From assembly GCF_963921235.1 (NCBI RefSeq), contig NC_086097.1:146756001-146820000 (forward strand): 64,000 nucleotides of DNA, read 5' to 3'. Under the pieces are notes generated by a model, which was given only the letters and a program-made list of their open reading frames with translations, did no database searches and had not been told where the DNA came from. Source of the stretch: Mobula hypostoma. Taxonomy: Eukaryota. Below are positions 49,625-60,859 of the stretch, piece after piece. The first letter of the stretch is position 1; each line of letters starts with the position of its first letter. The position numbers and the translations under genes were made by a program.

Positions 49625-50308
49625 AACTCTTCTTGGGCTTCTAGCCAGGTACAGGTATTGATTCAAAACTGATATCTTCCCTATATTTGCATGGTTTGTG
49701 GAAGGATCACCAGGATCCTGAAGAAATACTGGACTAATACCATCCACAAACCCATAAAGAAACTCAAATCATTGCTTATGCAGGTCAAAGATGACCTGGG
49801 ACTCAGGTTGGCTGGTGTTTACACGATTCCCTGTGAATGTGGAGCAGTATATATCGGCCAAACGGGATGCACGGTGGAAACCCGTATTAAGGAGCACAGG
49901 AGATGTATCGTTTGGGTTACCCGGAGAAATCAGTGGTATCAGAACACTGCATTCTCCATGGCCATAGGACTGACTTTGAAAATTGCTGGGCAGCGCCAGT
50001 GTCTTTTGGAACCATCTGGTGAAGGAAGCCATTGAAATAAAATTATAGGAAAAGAATTTTAACGAAGACAAAGGTCTCGCTCTAAGTAAGAACTGGAATT
50101 TGATTGTAAGCAAGGTGAGAGAATGGAAACTTGATTGGATGAGGACTAACCAGTCAGGAAGTATGGACTACGCGGGGGGGGGGGGGGGATATAAATGCCA
50201 CTGGACTAGACATGCCTGGGCATCATCCCAGATGAGGATGTTGGAGTCTATCATAGAAACGTCAGTTATAATTGATACCTGTGCCTGGCGGGAAGACCGA
50301 AAAGAGTC
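49625..50308 (+). mobile_element. Penelope-like element, GIY-YIG endonuclease, inverted 5' terminal repeat
   Basis: GVYTIPCECGAVYIGQTG..TRIKEHRR; 49625-49662 is an inverted copy of about 50270-50308; hammerhead relic CAGATGA..GAAACGTC at about 50229-50263. Confidence 0.9.
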
Positions 50309-50616
50309 ATATTCACTGGGACAGCACTAGATCCTTCTTCTGATTTTGATTCTTTGTAAATTAAGTAAGTATCTTTTTCTTGATTATCCTGATTTGTCTG
50401 TAATCCACTGATTGACTAATATGTCACTCTCTCAGTCACCCTCATAGTTATCTACTGATTCACATTAAGTTGACCAGAATAAATAGTTGCTGAAATAGAC
50501 ACCATTACAATCCCAAAGCCATCATCTATACTCATCCAATCATAAACACTGTCATTTAGATTTTAACTCTTGCTTTGTATGATTTGAGATTAGCAGATTA
50601 ACCTATCTATTAATAT

Positions 50617-51289
50617 AGTGTGACCCCCTGGCAAGCCTCAGGGTCACTCAGCTCGCTGTCGTCTAGAGACAGCCCTCGGCCCCGCCAAACTGGGTAATTA
50701 AGTTTATGTGGATGCTGTGTGATGTACCCCACCCTGCCAAATAACAGACAATACACCAGATACGATTAAATGAATTACAGTTTATAGATATTACTGGAAT
50801 GATATAATTAATAGAGATAAAATATAAAAGGAAAATAAAAGGCGCCATACTTATCAAAGTTCAATCTCTTCGTGTACAAACAGTTGGAGCTCTAGTAACG
50901 ATCCTCTCTTCACCAGTCGATCCCCTCTGACCACCTCAGCCTGCTGCTTGGGAACAACCATGGTGGTCGACCAGACGCTCCACACGAGTCTGTCTCCTCT
51001 CCTCGCCGAAAACCCTGAACCTCGGACTCCTGGTCGGGGTCCGACCCCGTTAGCTGGCTTACAGCACCTTGGCCATCCTTTCGCTCTCTCTTGCGCCTTC
51101 TGCCCAAAAACCCGCACATCACAATAACTTGCAGACACACTAGAAAGAATAACATCTATCCCAATTGTTTCATTCGCTCTATTATCAATAATATAACCCA
51201 AACAAGCTGCTAACGTCTCAGCATTTAACATAACAAAGAAGCCATTTCAATTAGCTTACACAGTAACATAAAAGAAGAAACCCTTTACA
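50617..51289 (-). mobile_element. Solo LTR, 4-bp TSD
   Basis: Minus strand TGTAAAG...GTCACACT; ATAT at 50613-50616 and 51290-51293; related to 54500-55038. Confidence 0.75.
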
Positions 51290-52542
51290 ATATTGTGTTC
51301 AAAATCTTTGCAAGCACACCAAAGGATGCACTGAAAATAGCATGCTATAAAAATAAACTGTTTTGATATTTAATCACCACTCCCATTCGGGCATATAGAC
51401 GCTTACAATTAAACATGATAACTTATTGACTCATTTACTTGGTTGGTAATATCATATTTCATAACATCATTTACAATGGCCCACCCAGCTAGCTATTCAA
51501 ACCTACATAATCCTCCATACTTAATTTTGTACCCATCGTGTTACTTCTCCATTTATTCACCCACATCCACAACTCAAGTATGACAATTCATATCAATTTT
51601 ACTCCACTTCAATGTTTTCAGTCTTATTGCTGAATATAAATCCAGAAACGCAATCCATAAAATTAATCAATAAATCTGGTTGTGCCTAAGCATTTGCAAT
51701 GATTGTTTGCTCATTATACAATACATTTGTACTTCTAATTATAGCGGTAAAAACAGATTTTTGTCAGGTGCCAGATGAGTGAAGTGGGGCTCAGAGCAGT
51801 AAAGATTTCCCAGCAGGGCTGAATGATCTGTTTTTATCTCTATGTTCCCATGAGGAAAGAAATGTACAAGCGAGGAACATTTAGAACACTTTTAAGAGTT
51901 GTTAGGTATACAGACCAATATTCTATAGGGGTATATCAACAAATATTCAAATGTTTGTTCTTTCACTTTTCTAATACTGGAATATTACCTAAATGGCTGT
52001 ACATAAAATGTTATGTTAATAAGAAGTTGCCAGCACTTAGCTGTTGGAGGAAAATCATGTCTAACTATTTGAATATTTTTTGACAAAGGAAACAAAAGCA
52101 TTGGTACTTTCAAAATGTGTTTGAAAGGTACTGCTAAATAGGAAATAGAAGCATATAGAATATAAGGCAGTTACATAACTCCCACGCATTATTGGTGAAT
52201 CGTTGTTTTCTTCGATGGAAAGACATTGGGCTTCAAGGGTGTCTTTATCAGAACCAATGTTGTCCTTGATATAAATCATGACCGAGTCATGCTTTTAAGG
52301 AGTACATTTTCAAGGTTTGCAGATGAGGTAAGTTTGATAATATTGGAAACATTAAGCAAAATAGAGACGGAATTCTGGAGAACAGAGGTAGGCTAGTGAA
52401 ATGGGAAGACACATGGCAGATTGATGTACTGTAAATTCTCAATGTGTGAAGTGCTATATTGTGGGATAAAACCTGAAGGAAGGGATGAGTAGGTATTTTA
52501 GTTGGTGGTGCCCAGAGGGAGTTGGCTCAGCAGAAGGACTTA

Positions 52543-52869
52543 ACAAACAAACAAACAAAGGCATCCGTTAGTCTTGCGAGACCATGGATCTGCCCCTGGA
52601 AAGTCTTCACTCTCCAGGGTGCAGGCCTGGGCAAGGTTGTATGGAAGACTGGCAGTTGCCCATGCTGCAGGTCTCCCCTCTCCACGACACCGATGTTGTC
52701 CAAGGGAAGGGCATTAGGACCCATACAGCTTGGCACCAGTGTCGTCGCAGAGCACTGTGTGATTAAGCGCCTTGATCAAGGACACAACATGCTGCCTTGG
52801 CTGGGGCTCGAACTCATGACCTTCAGATCGCAGTTGAACGCCTTAACCACTTGGCCACATGCCCACGCT
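52543..52869 (-). mobile_element. tRNA-head SINE (sister of 10503-10812) with 10-bp TSD, inside an old CR1 relic
   Basis: GAAGGACTTA at 52533-52542 and 52870-52879; (TTTG)n tail; A-box TGGCCAAGTGG, B-box GAGTTCGAGCC. Confidence 0.9.
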
Positions 52870-53333
52870 GAAGGACTTAGGGATAAATATGAACATATTT
52901 TTGAATGTAGCAGGGCAATTTCATAAGGCTGTTAGGAAAATATATACCATACTTAGCTTTCGTATATTTTTTACATTTTCTTAACATATATAGTTTATAT
53001 AAAGCCTTCATATGTTATAGGTTATATAACATCTATACAAGATACAAAAACATGAGAAAGTAATGCAGAACTTTATAAATGCAACAGTGCACAGATCCCT
53101 ATCAGGTGAATGGTTTAATGTGATTTAATATGCTTAGAAGTAAATAGCAGATGGTGCATTTGAAATCTGTGTGGGGTGTCTGTAATCATTCTCCAGCTTG
53201 CTCAATAAAGAGCAACAGCATTTGGAAAGTAAATTCACAGAGTCATAGTATCTTAGAGCACAGAAAATTCAGATTCTGATTCAGACTTATTTATCACATG
53301 ACATGTGTATTAAAACAAACAATGAAATGTGTC

Positions 53334-53519
53334 ACGAGGAAATCTGCAGATGCTGGAAATTCGAGCAACACACACAAAAATGCTGGTGAAACGCAGCAGG
53401 CCAGGCAGCATCTATAGGAATAGGTACAGTCGACGTTTCGGGCCGAGACGAAAAACGTCGGACTGTACCTCTTCCTATAGATGCTGCCCGGCCTGCTGCG
53501 TTCACCAGCATCTTTTATG
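53334..53519. mobile_element. Penelope terminal-repeat hairpin insertion with 13-bp TSD
   Basis: AATGAAATGTGTC at 53321-53333 and 53520-53532; inverted arms about 53380-53440 and 53449-53511. Confidence 0.85.
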
Positions 53520-54182
53520 AATGAAATGTGTCGTTTGCGCTAACAACCAACACAACCAAGGAAGTGTTAGGGCAGCCTGCTAGTGTCGTCACATACTCCT
53601 GTATTAACATAGAATGCCCACAATGTTCAGCAGAACAACACAAACAGCAGGAACAATAACAATGGAACAAAACAACAGCAAAACAAGCCCCATTCCCACT
53701 CTGCCACCGACAAACTCCCTCACTCATAAAGACTGGCCTCCAATCTGAGGACAGACAACCTAGGGGCCTCCATTTCTTGGTCCTGGACTCTCAGATGCAT
53801 AGACATCGGGACTCCAACCTCCATTCCCTGGCCGGGACTCATAGACTCAACCTTCTGACCTCTACCTCCGGACTCACCGACTTTGATATTCAAACTTTAG
53901 GCTTCCTTCCTCAGGATCCGCTGATTCTGGACTTCAGTCTTTGGCTTTGCCCTCCTGACTTTGCCAACCTCTGGCATTGACCCTTGGGCTTGCCGATTAC
54001 AGGTTTGATCTACAAGCCTCGATCCAAGAATTCACCAATCACAAGTTTGACCTTTGAGCCTTGACTCCAGTACTCACAGATCATGAGTTTGACCTTTAAG
54101 CCTTGACCTTTGACTGCAAAGAGCTTTGGGCCTAGACTTCCGGACTCACACGGATCTCCTATCCAGAGGTGTGAGGAGCCAC

Positions 54183-54432
54183 TGCTATGTTTTGTAACTC
54201 CAAACCATAAAAGTAATTGAAAGAAAATAGAACCAGGGATAACTTGCCTATTTTGTTTTTAGTTTTAAGGAGGTGCAGTCTGATGGCATGGCAATGTAAT
54301 GACGTATGTAATTCACGTACTTTTACATACAGTATGACCTGTAATGCATTAGGTAAACAACAAAGAATGCTTAATCAAACAATAGATTGACAATATTACT
54401 CAAATTATTACAGAAATATTAAATACATAACA
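54183..54432 (-). mobile_element. Probable Gypsy LTR relic
   Basis: TGCTATG...CATAACA ends; adjacent CCACCACCC reads as a PPT-like tract on the minus strand. Confidence 0.5.
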
Positions 54433-54499
54433 CCACCACCCAGCATAGTTATAAACCCCAACTCAATATAGAATACATCTCAACTTATAGACATGTATA

Positions 54500-55038
54500 C
54501 TGTATTTTACTCTCGATTCAACTGGTGGCTTAATCTAGGGGAAGACAGCCCTTGGCCCAGCCAAACTTAAGAAATCTTGTTTGGGTGGATGCTGCACGAT
54601 GAGTCCCCTGTTACAAATCAGTACCAGGAAATAACAAACAGTACACAATGCACGATTAATCGATTGAGCTTTATAATTTATAATATACTATATGATTAGT
54701 AAAGAAATGAAAAAAAAAAGGGCCCATTCTCATGAAACAGATTATTGTGCAACGTTGGAGCTCACTGATAAGGTTGTTCGTCCACCATCGACCTCCTCCG
54801 ATTGTGGCTGACCTTCGGACCCTCGCTCCAAGTCCACTCCGTCTGGCGGTCTAACAACTCTCTCCATTCGCGTCTTCTCTCCTCATCTCTTTCCGGCAAA
54901 AGACTGTGAAATCTATGCTCCCAGACCTCTTCTTGGATAGCCCCACATTCCAAAGCCCCATTATCTCAAGTCATAACCCAAACATTGCTGCTACAGAGAA
55001 ACCATTACATTAGCAGTGAAGGCTTACAGCACATTACA
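54500..55038 (-). mobile_element. Solo LTR in a TA-rich site
   Basis: Minus strand starts TGTAATGTGCTGTAAG; shares GACAGCCC..GCCAAACT, GTGGATGCTG and GTTGGAGCTC blocks with 50617-51289. Confidence 0.7.
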
Positions 55039-56609
55039 TATATATATAGTATTCTATATAATACAACTATTACATTCGCTACCCTTTCAAGTAGCATGTT
55101 CTGGGTAATAATAATCTTTGTAACAAAATGCTTTCTTAATTTACACTAGTCTTTTTTTCAATTGCCTAACTGCCAAGACCTGATTATTGAATCACTCTCC
55201 AGAGGAATTAATTCTATGTGGTTTTGAATACCTCTACTAGGTTTTTTCCCTAAGTTTACTTCAAAGAGGAGAAAACTACCCTCATAACTTTGTCATGTAA
55301 CTTAAGTTCATTGTCCTTGGTATCATTCTCATGATCCCGCTTCTAACATACTGCTCAGTGTTATATACAATATTCCAATTAAGGTATATCGTTTTCTTTA
55401 CACTATACTGTCCAGCAGGATATCAAGGATAATGAGGAAAACTGAAGACTCTCTCTACCTATTTATTTTAATGAGCTAACATAGTGCAGTTTGAGGATTC
55501 AACAGAAATATACATGATATTCTTCCTTGCAACAAAATCCTATGGAACAGAATTTTTTTAGTTTGGAACATTTGAGATTAAAATAACGTGTTTGATTGCA
55601 AGAGATATATTATTTCTTTTGAACTTTTTTTCATGTGAGCACATGCAAAATTTGTTACCTTCTCCTTTGAGAAATGACTGAGTCCTAGTTCCCTCTCATC
55701 TTTCGTCAGTAACTGCTTCCAACCACTCACTTAATCTGCTTTGTAGTATTTACCGCTGTTCATTTCACTATTTGGCTCTGTGATTAGCTGATATGAATGA
55801 TCCCACTGCCTCCTCACATCAGAGTCAGACACATTGCCTTCTTGCTGAGAAATAATCTCCTAATGTTCCCTTAGCAACTCAAAAAATTGGATGTTGTCTG
55901 TGACTGTTTATTACAGGTTCTGTCAGGCAAGTCTCCAGATGAAAAGGATGTTAGCTCAGCCAGTGTCTGCTTCTACCAACTTACTTTCCACCTTAGAACA
56001 AATTTAGGTGAATATTTTCCATCCCCACTCCTGTCACCCGCAAAAGAACCAGGTCAGTTATTTGAAGGTGATTATAGAGGGATTTATATTTTTGACCCTA
56101 ACTTTAACTCATTTTGAAAGGTGGGGAATGGTTTAAAGGAAATTAAAGTATTACAATTAGACAATCCCAATTCATTCCTTTTCATTAAAATTTAACAATG
56201 TGTTGTTAGAATTTTAATGATTATTAAAATTTAACAATTCACAAAGCAGATGGCATATGATTTGAATTGAATGATATCAGCCTAACAATGTAAATTCAAC
56301 AGAAGGTAACAGGGGTGCCCAGAATGTGACTCACAGCAGCAGGTACATGAGAAGGAAGTTCTCACTGCAAGGAACAGTGTACTATTAAGAACTGAGTGTA
56401 CCATGTGATTTGACTTTTGATGTATCTTTGTACTAACTCTTATTTTGAGGTGGCTGTCTTCAAGAAAGAATGAATTATTGGTAGTTTTCCCTTTGCTGCT
56501 TGTCTTAGTAAGCACAGCAGCAAAGTATCAAGAAACATTACACCAGCAATGAGTTTGAGGTATATTTGAGTAATTACGAGAAATTATTGAATTGTGTAGT
56601 TAATCAGTA

Positions 56610-57645
56610 AATTTTGATGAATTGGTTTATTATTGTCACATGCAGTGAGAAAATGTATTGTATAATATTCATATGAATCAATTCATTACAATAGTGCATT
56701 GTGGTAGCACAAGGTAATACAGTAGCAGAGTACAGAATAAATGTTATAGCTACGGAGAAAGTGCAGTACTGATAAACAATAAAGTGCCAGATCACAGTGA
56801 GATAGGTTGAGGTTAAGAATCCATCTTATGGTACGAGGGAGCTATTCAACCGTCTTACAACAGCTTAAGGGAAATCAAACTTGAGGGTGATGGTGTGCTC
56901 TTTCAGGCCTCTGTATCTTCTGTCTGATAGGAGGGAAAGAAGAGAGAATGACCAGGGTGGGGTCTTTGATTATGCTGGCAGCTTTACTGAGGCAGTGAGG
57001 AGTGTAGACGGAATCCATAGAGGGGAGGCTGGTTTCGGTGATGTGTTGAGCTGTGTCCACTACCATCTGCAATTTCTTGAAGTCATGGAGCGAGCAGTTG
57101 CCATACCAAGCCAAGAAGCATTCCAATAGGATGAGTTTTTATGGTTCATCGATAAAAATTGTTGAGGGTCAATGGGGACATGTCACATTTCTTTAGCTTC
57201 CTGAGGAAGTAGAAGTGCTAGTGAGCTTTCTGGGCTGTGGCATTAATGAGTTTGGACCAGGACACACTGTTGGTGATTCAGTCCTAGGAACTTAAAGCAA
57301 TTTGGCCTTTTGACTTCAGCAATGTTGATGTAATCTGGAGTATGTGGTATCATTTCCCCCTTCTTGAAGTTAATTACCAGCTCTTTTGTTTTGCTGACAT
57401 TGAGGAAATGATGGTTGTCATGACACCATGTCACTAGTCTCTCTATCTCGTTCCTGTAACCTGACTCATTATTATTTGAGATGCTGCCTACTATGGTGTA
57501 ATCATCTGCAAACCTCTAGAGTTAGAACAAAGTCTGGTCGCATAACTGTGAATGTACAGAGAGTAAAGTAGGGGGTTGAGAACACAGCCGTGTAGGCACC
57601 AGATTTGAGGATAATCATGGTGGAGGTATTGCTGCCCTATCATTA
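56610..57645 (-). mobile_element. Rex1/Babar 3' relic
   Basis: GCVLNPLLYSLY, WCHDNH..LNVSKTKELVI, AWYGNCS..KKLQ. Confidence 0.85.
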
Positions 57646-57992
57646 GGGTCAAGATCCAGCACCAGGACTGAGTGAGAGGGCAATATGAGATACAAGGCCA
57701 GAGGTAATATGCGGATGAAAGGGATGGATGATGCGCAGTTGGAAGTGGTTGGGGAAGTGATAGGGAAATTGAACCAAAGGAGAGGAAACCTGGGTAAATA
57801 CTGTAACTTTGTGAGTGATGGGCAGATGGAAACAAGGTGGATAAGGACAATGATTTTGTGTAATGAGGTGGGAGTGGGATGGAAAAGATAAACAATGAGC
57901 AAGAGGATGGACTTAGGAGAGAGGAAAAGGAACACAAAGAGCGTGGGTTACCTGAAACTGGATGATTCTATGTTTACAGCATTGAGCTGGAT

Positions 57993-59630
57993 ACTTGACC
58001 CTCCACTGGTCGGGGTCAACCATGGATGTTGCGACTCAGCTGTCTACGTGATACACAAGCCAGTATGCAAGCCTGGGCAGTACATGTCATCGTCTGGTCC
58101 GCGAAATCCATATTCCGGTTCACGGTCCGCTCCATGTTCCTTATTCCAGGTTTTCAGGTTTTCCCCAGTTTCTGTTGAGGCAGCTGTTCTCATTTGGGTT
58201 GGTCTCATAAATAGCTTTAGGATTCAGCCTTGGGCTGCTGGATTGTTCCTGTCCAAACCCCCTGCCTGAATTCCTTCCCCCCTTCCCCCCTTCCCCCATA
58301 GCCCTGCCTGAAGCTTGCCTTGCCTTGCCTCGCCTCGCCCCACCTGAAGCCTCGCCTCGTCTGAAGCCTCACCTCTCCTTGCCTCATCTGAAGCCTCGCC
58401 TTGCTGGTAACCCTCGCCTACACTGCTGTCAAGTTCCATCGCTGGAGCAAGATAAGGAACTGTCTATCGTTTTTTGAACTGTCTCTGTGTCCACACCTTC
58501 ACTAGGTAGCTCCGGCCGTTTGCCGCTACCTAGTGTTGGAATCTGTCTCTGTGTCCACGCCTTCGCTAGGTAGGTCCAGCTGTTTGCTGCAACCTGGTGT
58601 TGGGAACTGTCTCTCTCTGTTCTGTGTATGAGTCCCAGCCCTACATCCTGTTTCCAAGGAGGGAACCTGGCTCTGTGTTCCATGTTCCTGTCTCTCCCTC
58701 GACCAAGGCTCTGCCTTCCTGTCTCTCCCTCGACCAAGTCAAGGCTTTGGGGTCTCGTCCAGTCCTAGCCACATTCAAGAACCTCGTCCTGTCCAAGTCA
58801 AGGCTTCGTGTTCTCGTCCTGTCCATGTGCTTCGTCCTTTGCAGGAGTTCCACGTCCTGTTCTGTAGCCATGTCTTGTCCTAGCCTAGTTCCGGAGTCTG
58901 AGCCCGAGTCAAGACCTAGGTTCTGGGTCCTTGTCCAGTCTCTGGCTCAGCGTCCTGGTCCCGCTTTCCCAGCCAAAGTCCTAGCCCAAGTCTGTGTTCC
59001 TGTCCCAGCTCCTAGTCTGCATCCAGTCTAACCCAGCTCTCTAGTCAAGTCCTGTTCCTAGTACTTCAGTGTCTGTGTCTTGCATTTGGGTCCGCCATCA
59101 GCGCCCCGCCCATATGACAGTACAATATGGGAGGGTAAGCTGTTGCCCATATAGCAGGCTCCTGCTCGCCAATAAGCTGATAAATCCAAAGGAATGGCTG
59201 AACATGCTACAGTTTGGCACCGGCTCAGTTGCCAGTCAGTTTTGACCCCAATGTAGAACTGCCGTAGGGACTCCAACCCCGGATTTTCCTTTGGGGTTTA
59301 CTTCTTTAGCCATTCCCATAAGTGGGTATAGCTGCAAAGCTGTGGAGGTTTGAGATCAGAGTTTTCATTCTCTTAGATGAAATGCCGTCCACATCTGGTG
59401 AGCTCCATCCGTCCGAAACGATTGGTTTTAAGGTGTCAGTAACCCACCTTTGCTTTTTCTCCTGTCAGTAGAAATGGTTCCGCCTGGCTTAGTAGCTAAG
59501 CCACATGTGAAGGCCAGGAGTTGGACTTCTGAGGCGATCAGAGACGCACAGCATTGGGAGCATTTAATAGGTAGTAGGAGCATATCCCCATTACCTCCCC
59601 TGGGTATAATATAGCAACATTGAGGAAGCA
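57993..59630 (-). mobile_element. Non-autonomous RTE-type element split by a solo LTR
   Basis: RTE-like 5' motif CATCTAAGAGAATGAAAACTCTGA; tail ATCCATGGTTGACCCCGACCAGTGGAGG; possible TSD AGCTGGAT (57985-57992) / AGTTGGAT (59631-59638). Confidence 0.65.
58085..59119 (+). mobile_element. Solo LTR, 1035 bp, 5-bp TSD
   Basis: TGTCAT...ATGACA termini; GTACA at 58080-58084 and 59120-59124; internal short tandem duplications. Confidence 0.9.
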
Positions 59631-60394
59631 AGTTGGATGCTACCCAAGCAGTATATGATGTTGTACTTCTAGTCTGTGTTTGTCCTCATCTTCTATACTT
59701 ATTTTTATACATTAAAATCTGACTCCTCTAAAAGTGATAATTTATCTCCCACAACTTGATTGCAATCCAGACATTGTAATTCTAAAATATTACAGATACT
59801 TTTTAATCATAGCAAATTATTTGAAATTCATAATATGCAAATGATGTGAAATTTGCATTTCTGCAAACTAAAATCAAGGTATTAACATCACTGGGTATAT
59901 CAAGATTAAATTTATTTTCAAAGAAATCTTGTTAATATCTATTTGTTTATTTATATCCTGTTCTGTTGAGATTAGAAACATGTAAATTCAATATGTTTAT
60001 ATCCTGGCCCTTGATAAACAGGTTTTTAAGAGTGCTGATATAGGACATGTATCCCTGCAAAACACATTATACCTGAATATTGAAATCACTGCTAGGATTC
60101 CGTAATCCAGTTTCATATTTCCTTGTTATGAATTTTTAAAGTCAATTTCTAACAGCTGGTTCACATCAACTAATGTGGGATTACATCTCTAGCGTTGATT
60201 TCACAGAACTCTGATACTTAATGCAAAATCCCAATCTGGCTACTTAACTGTACAGAATATTAATGTTGTCCTAATTGCAGACTAGATTTGCCTGTCCAGT
60301 ATTTTAAACATACGTTAAGAGTTGAAAATCACAAAATGATAGCCTATTAAACTATTATCTTGTTTTCATTAATTAACATTAATAACTCCACTAT

Positions 60395-60770
60395 TTCAAA
60401 GTTCAAAGTAATTATCAAAGTATGTGTCCGTCACCATACGCTACCCTATGATTCATTTTCCTGCAGGCATTCACAGTGGAACTAAGAAATACAATAGAAT
60501 TAATGAAAAGCTCCACACAAGGACTGACAAACAACCAATGTGCAAAAGAAGACAAAGCACTTAACAGTTCTGTGCCACAATTTCAAAGTCCAAAAGTTCA
60601 AAGTAAATTTATTATCAAAGCACATATATGTTACCATATGCAGCAATGAGATTCATTTTATTGTGGGCATTTTCAGTAAATCCAAGAATCATGATAGAAT
60701 CAATGAAAGACCGCACCCAACATAGTGGACAAACAACCAATGTGCAGAAGACAACAAGCTGTACAAGTAC
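60395..60770 (-). mobile_element. Two tandem Rex1-type 3' tails
   Basis: TTCAAAGTTCAAAGTAA..ATTATCAAAG at about 60395 and 60590, each followed by homologous UTR sequence. Confidence 0.65.
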
Positions 60771-60859
60771 ACTACCTATAAAACCTATTCACCCCCCACC
60801 CCAGAAGTTTTCATGTTTTATTGTTTTACAACATTGAATCACAGTGACACTGATCAACA

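Larger units (their letters stand above)
57680..59690 (-). mobile_element. Penelope 3' relic split by nested insertions
   Basis: GIY-YIG C-terminal remnant lies on both sides (about 59631-59690 and 57945-57992) of the RTE derivative. Confidence 0.6.

Noticed and set aside
55917..56007. 91-nt AG..GT flanked open segment (VLSGKSPDEKDV...)
   Set aside because: No recognisable homology; such segments occur by chance.
58224..59031. Repetitive ORFs (GEASDEARR...) and repeat-spacer-like pattern
   Set aside because: Internal tandem duplications of a solo LTR; not coding and not CRISPR-like (no constant repeat with unique spacers, eukaryotic context).
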